A stretch of 63,858 bases of DNA, the filler included, from Stramenopiles sp. TOSAG23-3 (Eukaryota), in the NCBI GenBank assembly GCA_900128585.1. It is 6 parts of 6 records of this genome, joined end to end, with 100 filler letters (N's around TTAATTAATTAA, not from the genome) between each part and the next. Parts side by side here need not be neighbours in the genome. Positions count along the whole stretch, not along the records: positions 42,701 to 53,241 come from LT642806.1; positions 53,342 to 63,858 come from LT642807.1; 4 more parts are not named here. One strand, 5' to 3'. The notes under the pieces were generated by a model. That model saw only the letters and a program-made list of their open reading frames with translations, ran no database searches and was not told the DNA's origin. Positions 45,849 through 57,040 of the stretch are shown here, one piece after another. Position numbers and translations under genes: made by a program. How positions within the stretch are numbered: the stretch's first letter is position 1; every line of letters starts with the position of its first letter.

Positions 45849-47066
45849 CTATTGTTTGGCCAAATCCTTCAGTCCCGGACACCTCTGTTTCCCTGGCCAG
45901 CTTCCACAATTCTTGCAAGTGCCCTGAAAATGTTCACACATGTATGGAAGCACGACTTCGCTGGTGTTGTCTGGAAACACATCTTCCAACACCCAATCGA
46001 TGCATGGAGACTCCGGAATGCATTGGACGACGCTGGCCAGATCGCCCCACCCGGTTATATTCTTCAAAGTAACGCCGTTGAACGATGGGGGGTTCGTGCT
46101 TGGCACCCCGTCGTGCTTGTAATCCATCTCCACGCTCAACATGATTCCCACGGACCGTAGCTGTATGTTTTCGTACGAAAGGCCTACGATATCGCCGCCT
46201 CGTTTGCGTTGCGCTTTCATTCGAATCCCAGTCAGTGCTCCTATCATAACAATGTCACGGTAGGTAACGTTTGTCATACCTTGGTAGACCTGGGACCCAA
46301 TTGTCAGACCTTGCCCATGGTAGAACACACTGTTGTCAATCAACATATTTTCAGTTTTTCTGGTCTGCGCCAAGACCGTGATGTGGTCGTCTCCACAGGA
46401 GAATGCTGAATTAGTAATCCGAGAGTTAACAAGAGAGTCGGCGTAGACGCACGCAGTATTTGGCGAATCGATCGGGTTCTTCGCAGTAATTTCAGAAATC
46501 AAAACGTTCGTGCTGTTGTGGGCGTGTATGCAAACGAATGGGCACTGGACAACCGTTATCTCCTTGACCACAAGGTCGTCACAAAACGTACACTGAAACA
46601 GTACCGGTGGGTCTTTCTGTTTTGCCGGGCCCATGCCACTAGGAACAGGGGGCCACCAGCCTTCTCCATCTCCATCTACTCTGCCAGTGCCGGCTAGGAC
46701 AACACCAGGACAGTCATACTCGCAAAACAACAATGGTTGGTACTTTAGACCTCCGAAGCGTTTGTCTTCAATGAGCGGGTGCAATCGTCGGTCCGACGGA
46801 AAACGCAAAGTTGAATTTTCTGAAACGAAAATAGTGGTAAACGATGTAATATTAATCGGCCCACTTAAAAACACACGGTTCGGGGGGAACAAAACAGTGC
46901 AGTTTGGACCCTTTTCAACAGCCGCATCAAATGCAGCAGCAATACTTTTGGTGTCGAGAGACTGCCCGTCTCCTTTGGCCCCGAAAGACATAACGTTCAG
47001 CGAACAGGCGGCCATGGACACGGAAGGCGCGCTTGTCAGGGCAAGCAGAAGTAAAAAGAAACGCAT
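45849..47066 (-). CDS. Secreted glycoside hydrolase family 28 (polygalacturonase-like beta-helix) with variant catalytic motifs
   Basis: Signal peptide; NVMSFGAKGDG, GTGRVDGDGEGWW, SPNTA, GDD, GQGLTIGS, GIRMK. Confidence 0.88.
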   Translation of the reverse strand: MRFFLLLLALTSAPSVSMAACSLNVMSFGAKGDGQSLDTKSIAAAFDAAVEKGPNCTVLFPPNRVFLSGPINITSFTTIFVSENSTLRFPSDRRLHPLIEDKRFGGLKYQPLLFCEYDCPGVVLAGTGRVDGDGEGWWPPVPSGMGPAKQKDPPVLFQCTFCDDLVVKEITVVQCPFVCIHAHNSTNVLISEITAKNPIDSPNTACVYADSLVNSRITNSAFSCGDDHITVLAQTRKTENMLIDNSVFYHGQGLTIGSQVYQGMTNVTYRDIVMIGALTGIRMKAQRKRGGDIVGLSYENIQLRSVGIMLSVEMDYKHDGVPSTNPPSFNGVTLKNITGWGDLASVVQCIPESPCIDWVLEDVFPDNTSEVVLPYMCEHFQGTCKNCGSWPGKQRCPGLKDLAKQ

Positions 47067-48128
47067 CGTTGGCAGTGGCGTGTTGTATTACAAGTTTGCA
47101 CAGGAGAAAAAACAATAACGCTGCGTTTTAAATCAATTTCAATTTGGAAAAAATAAACATGGAAGTTTCCGTTGTTCTCTAAATTATTCGTTCAGTATAC
47201 AGTGTCTGTCAATCAATATCTATTCTGAACCATGAAAGTTGATTCACACAAGTTCAAGGTGCAATCAAAGAAGACGACCAGCAGCAAAGACAAAAATGAG
47301 GAGAAAAACCATTTAATATAGACACAGCATAGGAAACGCGAAGGGGTCCAATTTGCAATAGACGAGTATCTTTGGCGCGGAATTGAAAAAGTGCAAACGA
47401 CTTTGTGTTAACTATTTGAAACAAAGAGATCTTTATGAAAATTTTAAAGCGTCAAAAGTGTTTTTAGATGCATATAATTATGCCCGTTTGTTTCATTTTT
47501 ATACAATATACAAATGAATACGTGTTTGTTCAGGTGGTGTTTTGTCCAAATCGTCCATTTCCAAGAAAATTGTCCCTAGGAACCGCAATTCCAAGTCATT
47601 TGAGGGCAAACAATTTATAAACGTTTGTTTAGGGCCGGACATCGCGGGCGGAAGAATTGCCTGGTCTAAACTTATGCAGATAGACATCCCCTTTGCTTTA
47701 ATTTGTCATTTTCTATCAAAATGCTAGCATGCTTTGAAAATCGTGTTGGATTTTTATTCGCGCCAAGCCGACGTGCAAGTAAAATTACCAGGGGCATACT
47801 ATAGAGAATTTCGTTTTAAAAAATGGCTTTCTGCCAGGAGGAGGAGGAGGAAAAGAGAAATTAAAAAAGTAGAAGAGAGAGGAGAAGAATCTCATCATAT
47901 CTCACTCCTCCTCTCACCACATCTCTCTTCATTATTATTATTCTTCTTCTTCAGCAGAGAGAAGAAGATTAAAATCTTGAATCCCCATTGATTGTAATCC
48001 AAGATTATAATAATAAGGATATGTTTCAATAAAAATATGTTTCGTTTCTTCGGGAAGAACTAGATAATTATATTGGAGCGAGTCTTCATTTCTCTGCAAA
48101 CCAGTATTTTCAGCGGGACGAATAAACC

Positions 48129-50174
48129 ATGGCGTCCGTGGCCGCGGACCAAAATAAACAAGTTCAGTATGTATGGGATTTCGACGAGAACGAGACCCTT
48201 TGTACTGCGGCATCGTTGATGGAAAATGTTACCCCTCCAAAAGCGTTGAGTCCATTTGCTAGTGGCAGAAAAAAATTGCTGCGCTCAGAAAGTGTAGACA
48301 GTACAAAGGACGAAAGCACGGGTTTCTTCACCTGCCGGACCGCCCCTGGCGCCGTCTTTGAAGCCGAGGACGAGCTCCGTCTCCACTTCAAAAGCGATTG
48401 GCACCGCTTCAATTTAAAAAGACAAATACGGAACCAAGACATGCTGAGCGAAGAGGAATTTTTGGTCCAAGAAGATATCAGCAGCCTGTCAGGGTCGGGG
48501 GACGACGAGAGCACCGACGACGAGGGCAGCCACGCGGAGGGAAACAGCAGGAATTTGCCAGTCACGACGGTGTTGTACAAAGGGGTTAGGGTGAGGCTGT
48601 GGAGGGCCCTGCTATCTGTGGACAAGGATTTCAGTCCAAGGTCAACGAAGTGGATAGTCGCTTTATTTTCGACGGGACATTTTGCAGCTGGCGTGTTTGC
48701 ACAAGGTAAGCTGGTTGCGCACAGAACCTTTCACAGGTACACGTCGCGGCGAAAGCAGGGTGGTGCGCAAAGCGCACATGACAATAAGTCTGGGAAAGCC
48801 CGCTCCGTCGGCGCACAGATCCGGAGGTACAACGAGCTGGAACTTCGAAAAGACATACACGCCCTGTTCACGACCAAGTGGAAGGAGCATGTAGCGGAGG
48901 CTGATTTGATATTTTTGGGCACCCCAAAGCGCAACAGGAGTGTCTTTTTCCAAATCCCACAAGGGGCCAAGCAAGCAAGAAAAGCGTCGGCGTTTGACAG
49001 GGCCGACCCTAGGATCAGGGGGGTACCATTCATGACGGATCGGCCTACGCTCAAAGAGTGCCAAAGGGCGTGCCGTCGGCTGGGCTCTGTTGAATACGTA
49101 ATTGCGACCGAAGAGACAATAGAAGAAAGTGTTAGTGCGAAGCTATTACCGGAAAAGCAACAGGAGGAAGCAGGGAGGCAGCAGAATAGACCAGCGCGGA
49201 TCACCGAACAGCCAGCGGCTTTGCCCCAGAGTTTTGGAGAGAACAACGCGCTTCACGCGCGTGTCGAAAAGAACGACACCAAGGGTGTGAAGCAAACTCT
49301 CAGCAAACCGGAAAACCAAGTCATGCTTGACGAACCGAACTGTGAGGGGAACACCCCACTCCACTTGGCTGCGTCGAACAACCTGTACGACATGGTGAAC
49401 CTGTTGCTTCACTCTGGGGCAAACCCGATGGTAACGGACCCAAAAGGACGCCCTCCCTTCTATGTCTCCGCGAGCAAAAAAGTACGGGATATGTTTCGTT
49501 TCTACTATGGAAATAACCCCTCAAAGTGGGACTACAAGGCCGCAGGGATCGGGGGCGCTGGGATGCTTACAAAAGAAAGCGTGGAAGCAAAGAAGGCAAA
49601 GAATCGAGAGAAGAAACGGCGTAGCAAAGCAAGAAAAAAACAAGAAAGGCGGGCTGCTAAATCGTTGGATAGCAAGCGTGAAATTGACGACTATCTCAGC
49701 CTCAGAGAGGGAGCAACCGCGCAGCATGCAAGCTCAGGGAAGGACCAAAAGCTGACCGTGAGCGAAGAAATTAATCTGATGCAAGAGATCAACAACGTTG
49801 CATCGATCCACTTTCTGGACGAAGACCTCCTGCTGATGAAAACCCTGGAGTGCGCCGAAGTTAACGCCATCCCAACGGGTGCAGCATTGAATAGAATCAA
49901 CCAAGGCCTTGCAGAAGGGAAGACATTGGACGAGTTGGTGCACGGCCAAAGTCAGAATGGCAAGAAGAAGCGTCGGAAAAAAAAATTGAAGAAAAAACCA
50001 AAGCGAGACGAGCCGAAAGCCGACCCCGCTGCCAAGAGAGCAGCCCTTACCGAAAACGACGAAAAAAAGCCTGGAGGGCCTAAGCTTGGGGGTGGGGAAA
50101 TAACAATCAACGCTCTGAGCATGAGGGAGAAAAGGGCAATGTACTTTGCCAAAAAGTTTGAAGAGCAGAAGTGA
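48129..50174 (+). CDS. ANKZF1: ANKZF1/Vms1 (VLRF1 family ribosome quality control factor)
   Basis: HFKSDWHRFNLK, GHFAAGVF, HRTFHRYTSRRKQGGAQSAHD, SVGAQIRRYNE, and ankyrin GNTPLHLAA. Confidence 0.93.
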   Translation: MASVAADQNKQVQYVWDFDENETLCTAASLMENVTPPKALSPFASGRKKLLRSESVDSTKDESTGFFTCRTAPGAVFEAEDELRLHFKSDWHRFNLKRQIRNQDMLSEEEFLVQEDISSLSGSGDDESTDDEGSHAEGNSRNLPVTTVLYKGVRVRLWRALLSVDKDFSPRSTKWIVALFSTGHFAAGVFAQGKLVAHRTFHRYTSRRKQGGAQSAHDNKSGKARSVGAQIRRYNELELRKDIHALFTTKWKEHVAEADLIFLGTPKRNRSVFFQIPQGAKQARKASAFDRADPRIRGVPFMTDRPTLKECQRACRRLGSVEYVIATEETIEESVSAKLLPEKQQEEAGRQQNRPARITEQPAALPQSFGENNALHARVEKNDTKGVKQTLSKPENQVMLDEPNCEGNTPLHLAASNNLYDMVNLLLHSGANPMVTDPKGRPPFYVSASKKVRDMFRFYYGNNPSKWDYKAAGIGGAGMLTKESVEAKKAKNREKKRRSKARKKQERRAAKSLDSKREIDDYLSLREGATAQHASSGKDQKLTVSEEINLMQEINNVASIHFLDEDLLLMKTLECAEVNAIPTGAALNRINQGLAEGKTLDELVHGQSQNGKKKRRKKKLKKKPKRDEPKADPAAKRAALTENDEKKPGGPKLGGGEITINALSMREKRAMYFAKKFEEQK

Positions 50175-50535
50175 GCGAGGAGAGCAAAGTGAAAAAAAAA
50201 AAACAAATTGTGGACAAATGGAATCAACTCGTTCATTGGAAATTATATCATCCCCTCGGTGATTGACAACCAACAACGAAAAAAACAAAATTTCAGAATC
50301 AAGTTAGGATTGGGGTATGAGGAAGCTAAATTTAATTACTTATAAATAACAGCCAATTTTCTTGTTTTTTATAAAATAGTATGTTTTAAGACTCTCATTT
50401 TATATCAATTACGATTCAGTTCATATATCTTCAATATTTGGCGAGCTCGAGGCTCGAGGCTCTGAGGCTCGAGGAGTAGGTGTGACGACAACCTCCTCAT
50501 CATCAAATCACAACTTGATTTTTCTTTTTCTAACC

Positions 50536-51411
50536 CTAACCACGACTGGCAATTTTAGCATCACCATTGTTTTCTTTTGCTAATGTTACTGCACGCAAAG
50601 TGTCCACTACATCTCGCATTAGCAAAGCACCGGCCATCTGACCAGGTGCCTTATTTGAAATTTCCAACCAAAAACACTGGTAGAAAAAGCTAATCAAAAC
50701 TAGAGCAACAGGGATGGCTTTATAGCAATCTAATATAATGCAACTAATGCCGATCGCAACCATCATTGTTCCAAAACTGAACATGGATAGTAATACTATA
50801 TAGGTCACAGGGGCTGCATGCTCAATATATCGGACTTTAGATGCTTGTGACACAAGCCAAAATGTGAGGTGTGTGTAGAATCGGACAGTAGCATACGTTA
50901 CAACAGCGCTGGCAACAAACGACATGCTGATCATGAGAGCATAGGTCATTTCAAGCCAAAAGACTATTGTTTCTCCGAAAGCTTCCAAACTTTTACCTCC
51001 CGGTGCCGGAGGTTCCATAACCATTGGTCCTGTGATTGACATCAGTAGGGCACCAACAACAACCATATTAATGAACAGGTTCTGAACAGAGTTGATCAAA
51101 TTAGTTGCATGCTGTTTTTGTTCGTCTGTTTGGAGATCTTCCTTCACTTTAACCTGTGGGGGTGAAAGGGTGTGAAATGTCCTTAACAACAGAGACAAGC
51201 CCTCCACACCTCCTTCGACACCAACTAGATGCACACGCTGGTCATTGGGGAGTTTTCCAGTTCCATCCCAAGTGAAATGTGTATTTTTGTTGGTGAGCTC
51301 AACCATTTTTTGTCTTGCAATTTCCCAATCCTTATATTCCACTGACGGTTTGCCACCAGTGCCTTTCTCTGGGGCAGTCTCAGCACCAGGGGTAACAGAC
51401 GTATTTTTCAT
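50536..51411 (-). CDS. Uncharacterised multi-pass (about 4 TM) membrane protein
   Basis: 291-aa ORF with hydrophobic segments such as LFINMVVVGALLMSITG, ALMISMSFVASAVV and IVLLSMFSFGTMMVAIGISCII. Confidence 0.7.
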   Translation of the reverse strand: MKNTSVTPGAETAPEKGTGGKPSVEYKDWEIARQKMVELTNKNTHFTWDGTGKLPNDQRVHLVGVEGGVEGLSLLLRTFHTLSPPQVKVKEDLQTDEQKQHATNLINSVQNLFINMVVVGALLMSITGPMVMEPPAPGGKSLEAFGETIVFWLEMTYALMISMSFVASAVVTYATVRFYTHLTFWLVSQASKVRYIEHAAPVTYIVLLSMFSFGTMMVAIGISCIILDCYKAIPVALVLISFFYQCFWLEISNKAPGQMAGALLMRDVVDTLRAVTLAKENNGDAKIASRG

Positions 51412-51710
51412 TTTGATAAAAACCAATTGATAATTTAATTTTTAAAAACTATTTCTTATGGGAACCCTGTATGAATGTGTATTATTCAATTTTAAAACAA
51501 ACATCATAAATAACACTTCTAATTCTCAATCTAAGTTAATCCAAATTGTCGTCTATCATGATCAATATGATTATCTTTTCCGTCGCTGATCGTCTAAAAA
51601 ATAAATATATATATGTAGTACAAGGAGTAGAATAGACGAATAATTTTATTATTATATAACTAGGTGAATTCTCTCTTCGTATTTGGTTTTTGCCTGCCTC
51701 TATATTTCTC

Positions 51711-51755
51711 NNNNNNNNNNNNNNNNNNNNNNNNNNNNNNNNNNNNNNNNNNNNN
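51711..51755. other. Intra-scaffold assembly gap (Ns without linker)
   Basis: 45 Ns with no TTAATTAATTAA. Confidence 0.9.
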
Positions 51756-52353
51756 NGAAAGAAGAAAAAAATTTCAAACTCAAAAAGAGATATTTAGAAT
51801 TAAAAAAAAAACGCAGGGCAGAAGAATATTTTATATAGGAATAAATTTTAAGTTTGGAACAAAAATGTTTAGTGCTATTAGATGTACCGAAAAAAATAGA
51901 AAACGGCCTTAAAAATTAATACATGTAATAGGATTACGCGAGAATATACATTAACACAATATAGACTAAAAACACCATAATGGTGTTACCATACTAAAAT
52001 TAGCAGGCATACAGTCCTAAATTTAAATCATCAAACATCTTTTCAGCACTTTTTTTCTTCATCTTTTCAGCACTTTTTTTCTTCATTTTTTCAAGCCCAC
52101 GCATCATTTTTTTGTTTCTTTCTTTGATGCTATTTCAATGTAATAAGTAAATATTGCAAGTATACAGAAGGAAAAGTTTACGAGGAGGGACTTGCTGCAG
52201 TTGTTTTATAATCTTAGTCCATGTACCTACCTTCGCCATCACGATCTTTCGTACGAATTTACGATCAAAAGGTACGCAACACTCAAAAGTCCAAATCCAA
52301 CAACAACAACAACAAAATTGTTTTAATTTAAAACGTTGGGAGAGATAAACATC

Positions 52354-52932
52354 ATGAAAGCCAACCTCACAACAATACTCTTAATTGCTGCCACAGCCAT
52401 GATCGCTGTGCCAACTGCCTCGGCAAACCCTTGCACGTGGTGCAGAGTATCCCATAGTTCTGGATATTGTGCTCCCCTCTGCAACAGACGCTTGGTTCAA
52501 AAAACCAAATACCCCTTAATTCCCTCTTGGGACGAAGAGGACGACGAAGAAGCCGAGGACCAAATGGACGACGAAGATGTAGTCCGCCGCCTTCGTGCTC
52601 CCCGAAGACTTTCTTATGCGTGTGCTACTGACAGGTCGAACTTCTTGTATTCCTGCACGCGCGCAAACTCGTACACAGCGAACTGCTACCTCAAGGCCGC
52701 ACAAATGTGCCCCGGTGCAAGTACTTGCGGATCTGACAGGTCAGACTTCTTGTATTCCTGCACGCGTGGGAACTCGCGTAATAAGTCAAATTGCTACCTC
52801 ACGGCCTCAAAAATGTGCCCCGGTGCACGGACTTGCTTATCTGACAAGATTGACTATATGTATCATTGTAAGCGTGAGAATACGAGGTACGATGGCAACT
52901 GCGATATCGTCGGCAACCAAATGTGCAGGTAA
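52354..52932 (+). CDS. Secreted cysteine-rich prepropeptide with three 4-Cys repeats
   Basis: Signal peptide MKANLTTILLIAATAMIAVPTASA; 4-Cys mini-domain; RRL sites flanking an acidic spacer; three C-x10-C-x9/10-C-x7-C units. Confidence 0.8.
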   Translation: MKANLTTILLIAATAMIAVPTASANPCTWCRVSHSSGYCAPLCNRRLVQKTKYPLIPSWDEEDDEEAEDQMDDEDVVRRLRAPRRLSYACATDRSNFLYSCTRANSYTANCYLKAAQMCPGASTCGSDRSDFLYSCTRGNSRNKSNCYLTASKMCPGARTCLSDKIDYMYHCKRENTRYDGNCDIVGNQMCR

Positions 52933-53241
52933 GTCCAGACCTCTCACGCAAGTCGGCATTGAAGAGGAACAGGCGATGAAAACTGATGTTAACTGCTCTC
53001 TTGCTCTTGTATAATTTAAATTTTAAATTTATTTACAATTATTGTTTTGGTGGAAATGTAATAACATAGCACAGTTGGTTTATTATTATTATTTTTTTAA
53101 AAAAATAATTAAAAAAAAAGAAGAAGAAGAGTTGTTGTTTCGCAAAAACATTTGCGCCATCTCTCATCAGAATGCCTGTCCGGCTGGGCTCAGTCCCACT
53201 GGTTCACACAGTGCAAGCTGTCCCCCAAAATATAATTTGTA

Positions 53242-53341
53242 NNNNNNNNNNNNNNNNNNNNNNNNNNNNNNNNNNNNNNNNNNNNTTAATTAATTAANNN
53301 NNNNNNNNNNNNNNNNNNNNNNNNNNNNNNNNNNNNNNNNN
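53242..53341. other. Artificial contig linker
   Basis: N44-TTAATTAATTAA-N44. Confidence 0.97.
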
Positions 53342-53367
53342 GAAAGAAAGAAAGAACGAAAGAACGA

Positions 53368-53419
<52 letters not shown>

Positions 53420-53420
53420 A
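53342..53420 (+). repeat. (GAAA)n microsatellite at contig start
   Basis: Seen directly. Confidence 0.95.
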
Positions 53421-53911
53421 CATCTAACAAATAATAATAAAAGGGATAAATAATAATGGAATGGATGGGACGGACATTTTACATAAAATTAGAAGGTATT
53501 TATTATTATATATAATTCACCAGATACGAGGTGAGAGGTGGGACCACACAACAACCAACAACACCACACCACGTTAAGTTAATATAATAATAATTATTAC
53601 TTTTTTTTGTTGTTGCAATGAATTGTAAGTTTATACAGACCAAAAAACACTGGCGTCTCTATTTACAATTTGATGTATTGATTTGTTTTACAAGGGTTAA
53701 CATTTTTTTATAACAGACACACTCGCATTATACATACAATAACCTTAGAGGGAAATATTCGAGTAGAGCAAGTGGAGCAGCGGGGGCGGCAGTGTATGTG
53801 GTCTGGGTAGGGCAGTAGTCAGTTGAACAGTCGCACCGCCGATTCACTAGCGCACGTTTTCGGTTGGTGTATCTCCGTTGTGGCGAGGGACGGCGGGGAC
53901 AACGTGGTGTA

Positions 53912-56043
53912 ATGGATGCGGCGTTTTATTTGCCATCCGGCTTAGGGGATGATGAAGATGAAGAAAATATTGTCCTTGGAGGGCAGGGTGGTGGGTCAAG
54001 CTGGTTGCAAGGGTTGGGCGGCGACGTGTTGGACGAGGCCAACAACGACGTGTATTATACAGAAAGGGACCCCAGCAACGTTCTCTTTGGGGGGCAGGCA
54101 CCTGCCCGAAACTCTTGGAAACCCACAAACGACCCAGAGTTGAACGAGCCGATGCAGCGAGCTTACAGGCCACGGCAGGCAACGATTTCGCAGCGTGCAG
54201 CTCAACATGCGCCCGAGACCTTCGCTCCCCCTATGAGACACGGGGACAACAATAACAGTGGCTTTGGCTTTCCGATGAACCAAGAACCGTACGGCATGGA
54301 GTACCAAGAATACCCGGCTCCAAAAGGTCACGGCCAGGGGTCACTGGCCGCAAATTCCTTCCAGCACCAACAATTTAACTCTGTCGATGACGGCGCGAAC
54401 CAGTTTCAAAATTCGTTCTATTCCAACTCACAGGACCGGGGGATGGCAGCCGTCGGCATGAACCGTCTCCCGTTCGCCCCACCAGGATTCGGCATAGACC
54501 ACGCAGAAAGAAGCCCAGTCTACCACCAGGACACCCCGGGGCAGTATCGCAACGTTGAAGAATTCGGCAAGTTGGGAGCCCAAGCGCAGACCCTCGCCGA
54601 TGCAAATCCACCGAAGCTCCAGCCCCCCCCCCCCGCGGGGAGAGAATGGCTCCGAATCGCCCGAAGCAGCATGAACAGAGTCAGAGCCGCAGCCGGGCAA
54701 AGCCTGATCATCACAAAATGCCAGGGGAAGGCTCTTCGGAACGTCCGGCGAAGAAAACGTCAACCGCCGCCAAGAAGAAGGCTGCTAACCCCGTCGGCAG
54801 AGGCTTGATGTTTTCGGAGAAGGGCAATGATCAGAATGAAGCAGTTGCCCCGGTTTCTGCCCGGGACAAAGCCAGTGAAACGAATGCGGACGCGAAGAGA
54901 AAGGAACCCCAAAGTCCAAGTGACCAAGACAGCCAAGCCGGGGGGAGCCCAGCGTCAGTTGCCACCCCCCCGCGCGAACCAGTAAAATCCTCGCCCACAA
55001 GTATTGATACTGCCGAAGTTGACAAGGACAACTTCCCAGATTCTCCAACTGCACAGTTTCCGACGGAAACGTCTCCCAGCATTGGGAGTGCGACGGGCGG
55101 TAGTAGAACGAACAGCATTTCATCCAGCGACGGGAGCGAGCTTGATTTAGCGTACAGTGTCTCGCAGAGTTCTTCCGTTGCCAAAAAGCGTCGTATGAGG
55201 CGCCGGCAACAGAAAAAACAAAAGGACGTTGGTGTTGTTGATAAGGGGAAACACGCAATGGCGCAGCGGTCCCTGTCTCGATCAGTTGGTAAATCTGCGG
55301 ATGCCATGAAATCAAGCCGTAGCTTAAGTGCTGGCGTGCATGATTTGGCCGCGGGGTCCATCAAGCTTGGGGCCACCGTTTTTGATGCATCCATGTCAGT
55401 TGCCGTAAAAAATGCAAACCACATCCTTTTCAATGCTTCACGCGTGTTCGAAGCGGCGATGGCGCTGTTTGGTGTGCTGCTCTCCGCAGTTTTGGGGGCC
55501 GCCGTGGTAGTGTTGAATTTCCTTTGTGCGTGCCACTACGATGGATTTCTGTTTTTCCTACGGAATAACCACATTGGTTTCTGTTACCTATTTTTGTACC
55601 TCTTCCCGTCCATGGTTGGGGTCGTGTTTGCCTGGGCCCCGCCGTGGGGCGCCGTGTGTTTGTGGTATACCTTTCTCGTCCAATGCTTCTGGCCGTCGAA
55701 GCGGGGTGGTTCTGCTGTGGCCGGGGGGGGCGACGGCCACGTTACCAATAGCCGCTGGGCAAAGTTACTATTGCCCCTCGCTTTCCTTTTGGAAGGCGTA
55801 TCGCATAAAAGCTTTTTGCTCGGTCTTACAGGGGGCGAAAGGCTGGTCATTGCATATGTAATATCGTCTTTGATGACCGAAGTGAAGACCATGCTGTTTT
55901 TTCTTGTCTTTGCAACTCAGGTTCTCATGTCTGCATTTCTAGGAGGGTCATGGATTGCCCAGTGGGGGCAATTTATGGTTGCAGTGTTCGGTCTTCGACT
56001 AACGACAAAGAATAATGCCGTGTGGGGCAAAGAGCAACATTAG
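53912..56043 (+). CDS. Protein with long disordered N-terminus and multi-TM C-terminal domain, frameshifted at a C12 run (~54623-54634)
   Basis: ORF 53864-54808 overlaps ORF 54646-56043, with the frame switch at the homopolymer; 6 or more hydrophobic segments at the C-terminus. Confidence 0.65.
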
Positions 56044-56386
56044 CATTTGGCAAGGAAATATGGGTCTGCATTTGCGTTTCTTCTGAAGGATGGGGAACTG
56101 GCACGCACTCTCTTCGTGTGTATTTCATTTCTTGTTGAGATGGCACTTCTGCGGAGGCTGTAGCTGCTTATTGAAGACTAATTAGTGCTGTAAGAGAATT
56201 AATATTTTTTTAAAAGCAAAAGGTCCAAATTGATATCATTTTATAACAATTTAAGTCTTTTTCATATTCGTATATTTAAATAAAATATTTAAATAAGGTA
56301 TGTTTAAAGAGTTTTTTACTGTTTTTTTAAAACCCCCTTTTGTAAAATTGCTTTTCCCCTCGCCGAAGACCTCCCACTGGGATATT

Positions 56387-57040
56387 TTATATCGGCAGCC
56401 CCTCTCCTAACCCCTCCTGGCACACCCCGGCGTTGTAACACATTTTTATGATAGGAGCATTCTGCAAATAATCATTAATCATCGTTTCCTCGTTTTCAAA
56501 CATGGAATCGCAGACGTCGAAGAAGACGGATGTTACCGAAGCGCACGCTCTTTCAAAGGCGTCTTTGACAGCTTCATAGCCTGCACTTTCGTCTAAGTGA
56601 GAGTTTGCAGACGTCCACACGTAAAAGCAGCCAACACAGGCTTCTTTCATTCCTATTGGTGTATGCGCAGATCGAATCCACTGTGGACTTTTCGGCCTCA
56701 CGGGATCTTTTGGCATCACTGGCATTGGTTCGCGTTTCGGCTTTTTTGGCTGGAGATAATCAGGCAAATTATTCTTTGCAACTCCAACAGCAGCGTTGAT
56801 CGCTGCGTCTTTAAGTTGCGCTTTACCGTCCGCAACTGCGTCGTCAGCTATTTTATCTAATCCACCCTTTTTAGAACGGCCCATCGCCCCTTCCTTGCTT
56901 TCTAAAAAGGCTATACCGTTCCCCCTATTCTGCAAAATACTATGAGTTCTCTTTAGGCCCGTGCCTGCAGAGGCCGAAGAGCTAACTAGGAAGCTGAGCA
57001 ATATAAGAAATGCACATGCTTTACTGACGTTCAACGCCAT
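56387..57040 (-). CDS. Secreted saposin-B-like (SAPLIP) protein
   Basis: Signal peptide; six-Cys pattern CVGC...AFERAC...DVCDSM...MCYNAGVC. Confidence 0.8.
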   Translation of the reverse strand: MALNVSKACAFLILLSFLVSSSASAGTGLKRTHSILQNRGNGIAFLESKEGAMGRSKKGGLDKIADDAVADGKAQLKDAAINAAVGVAKNNLPDYLQPKKPKREPMPVMPKDPVRPKSPQWIRSAHTPIGMKEACVGCFYVWTSANSHLDESAGYEAVKDAFERACASVTSVFFDVCDSMFENEETMINDYLQNAPIIKMCYNAGVCQEGLGEGLPI

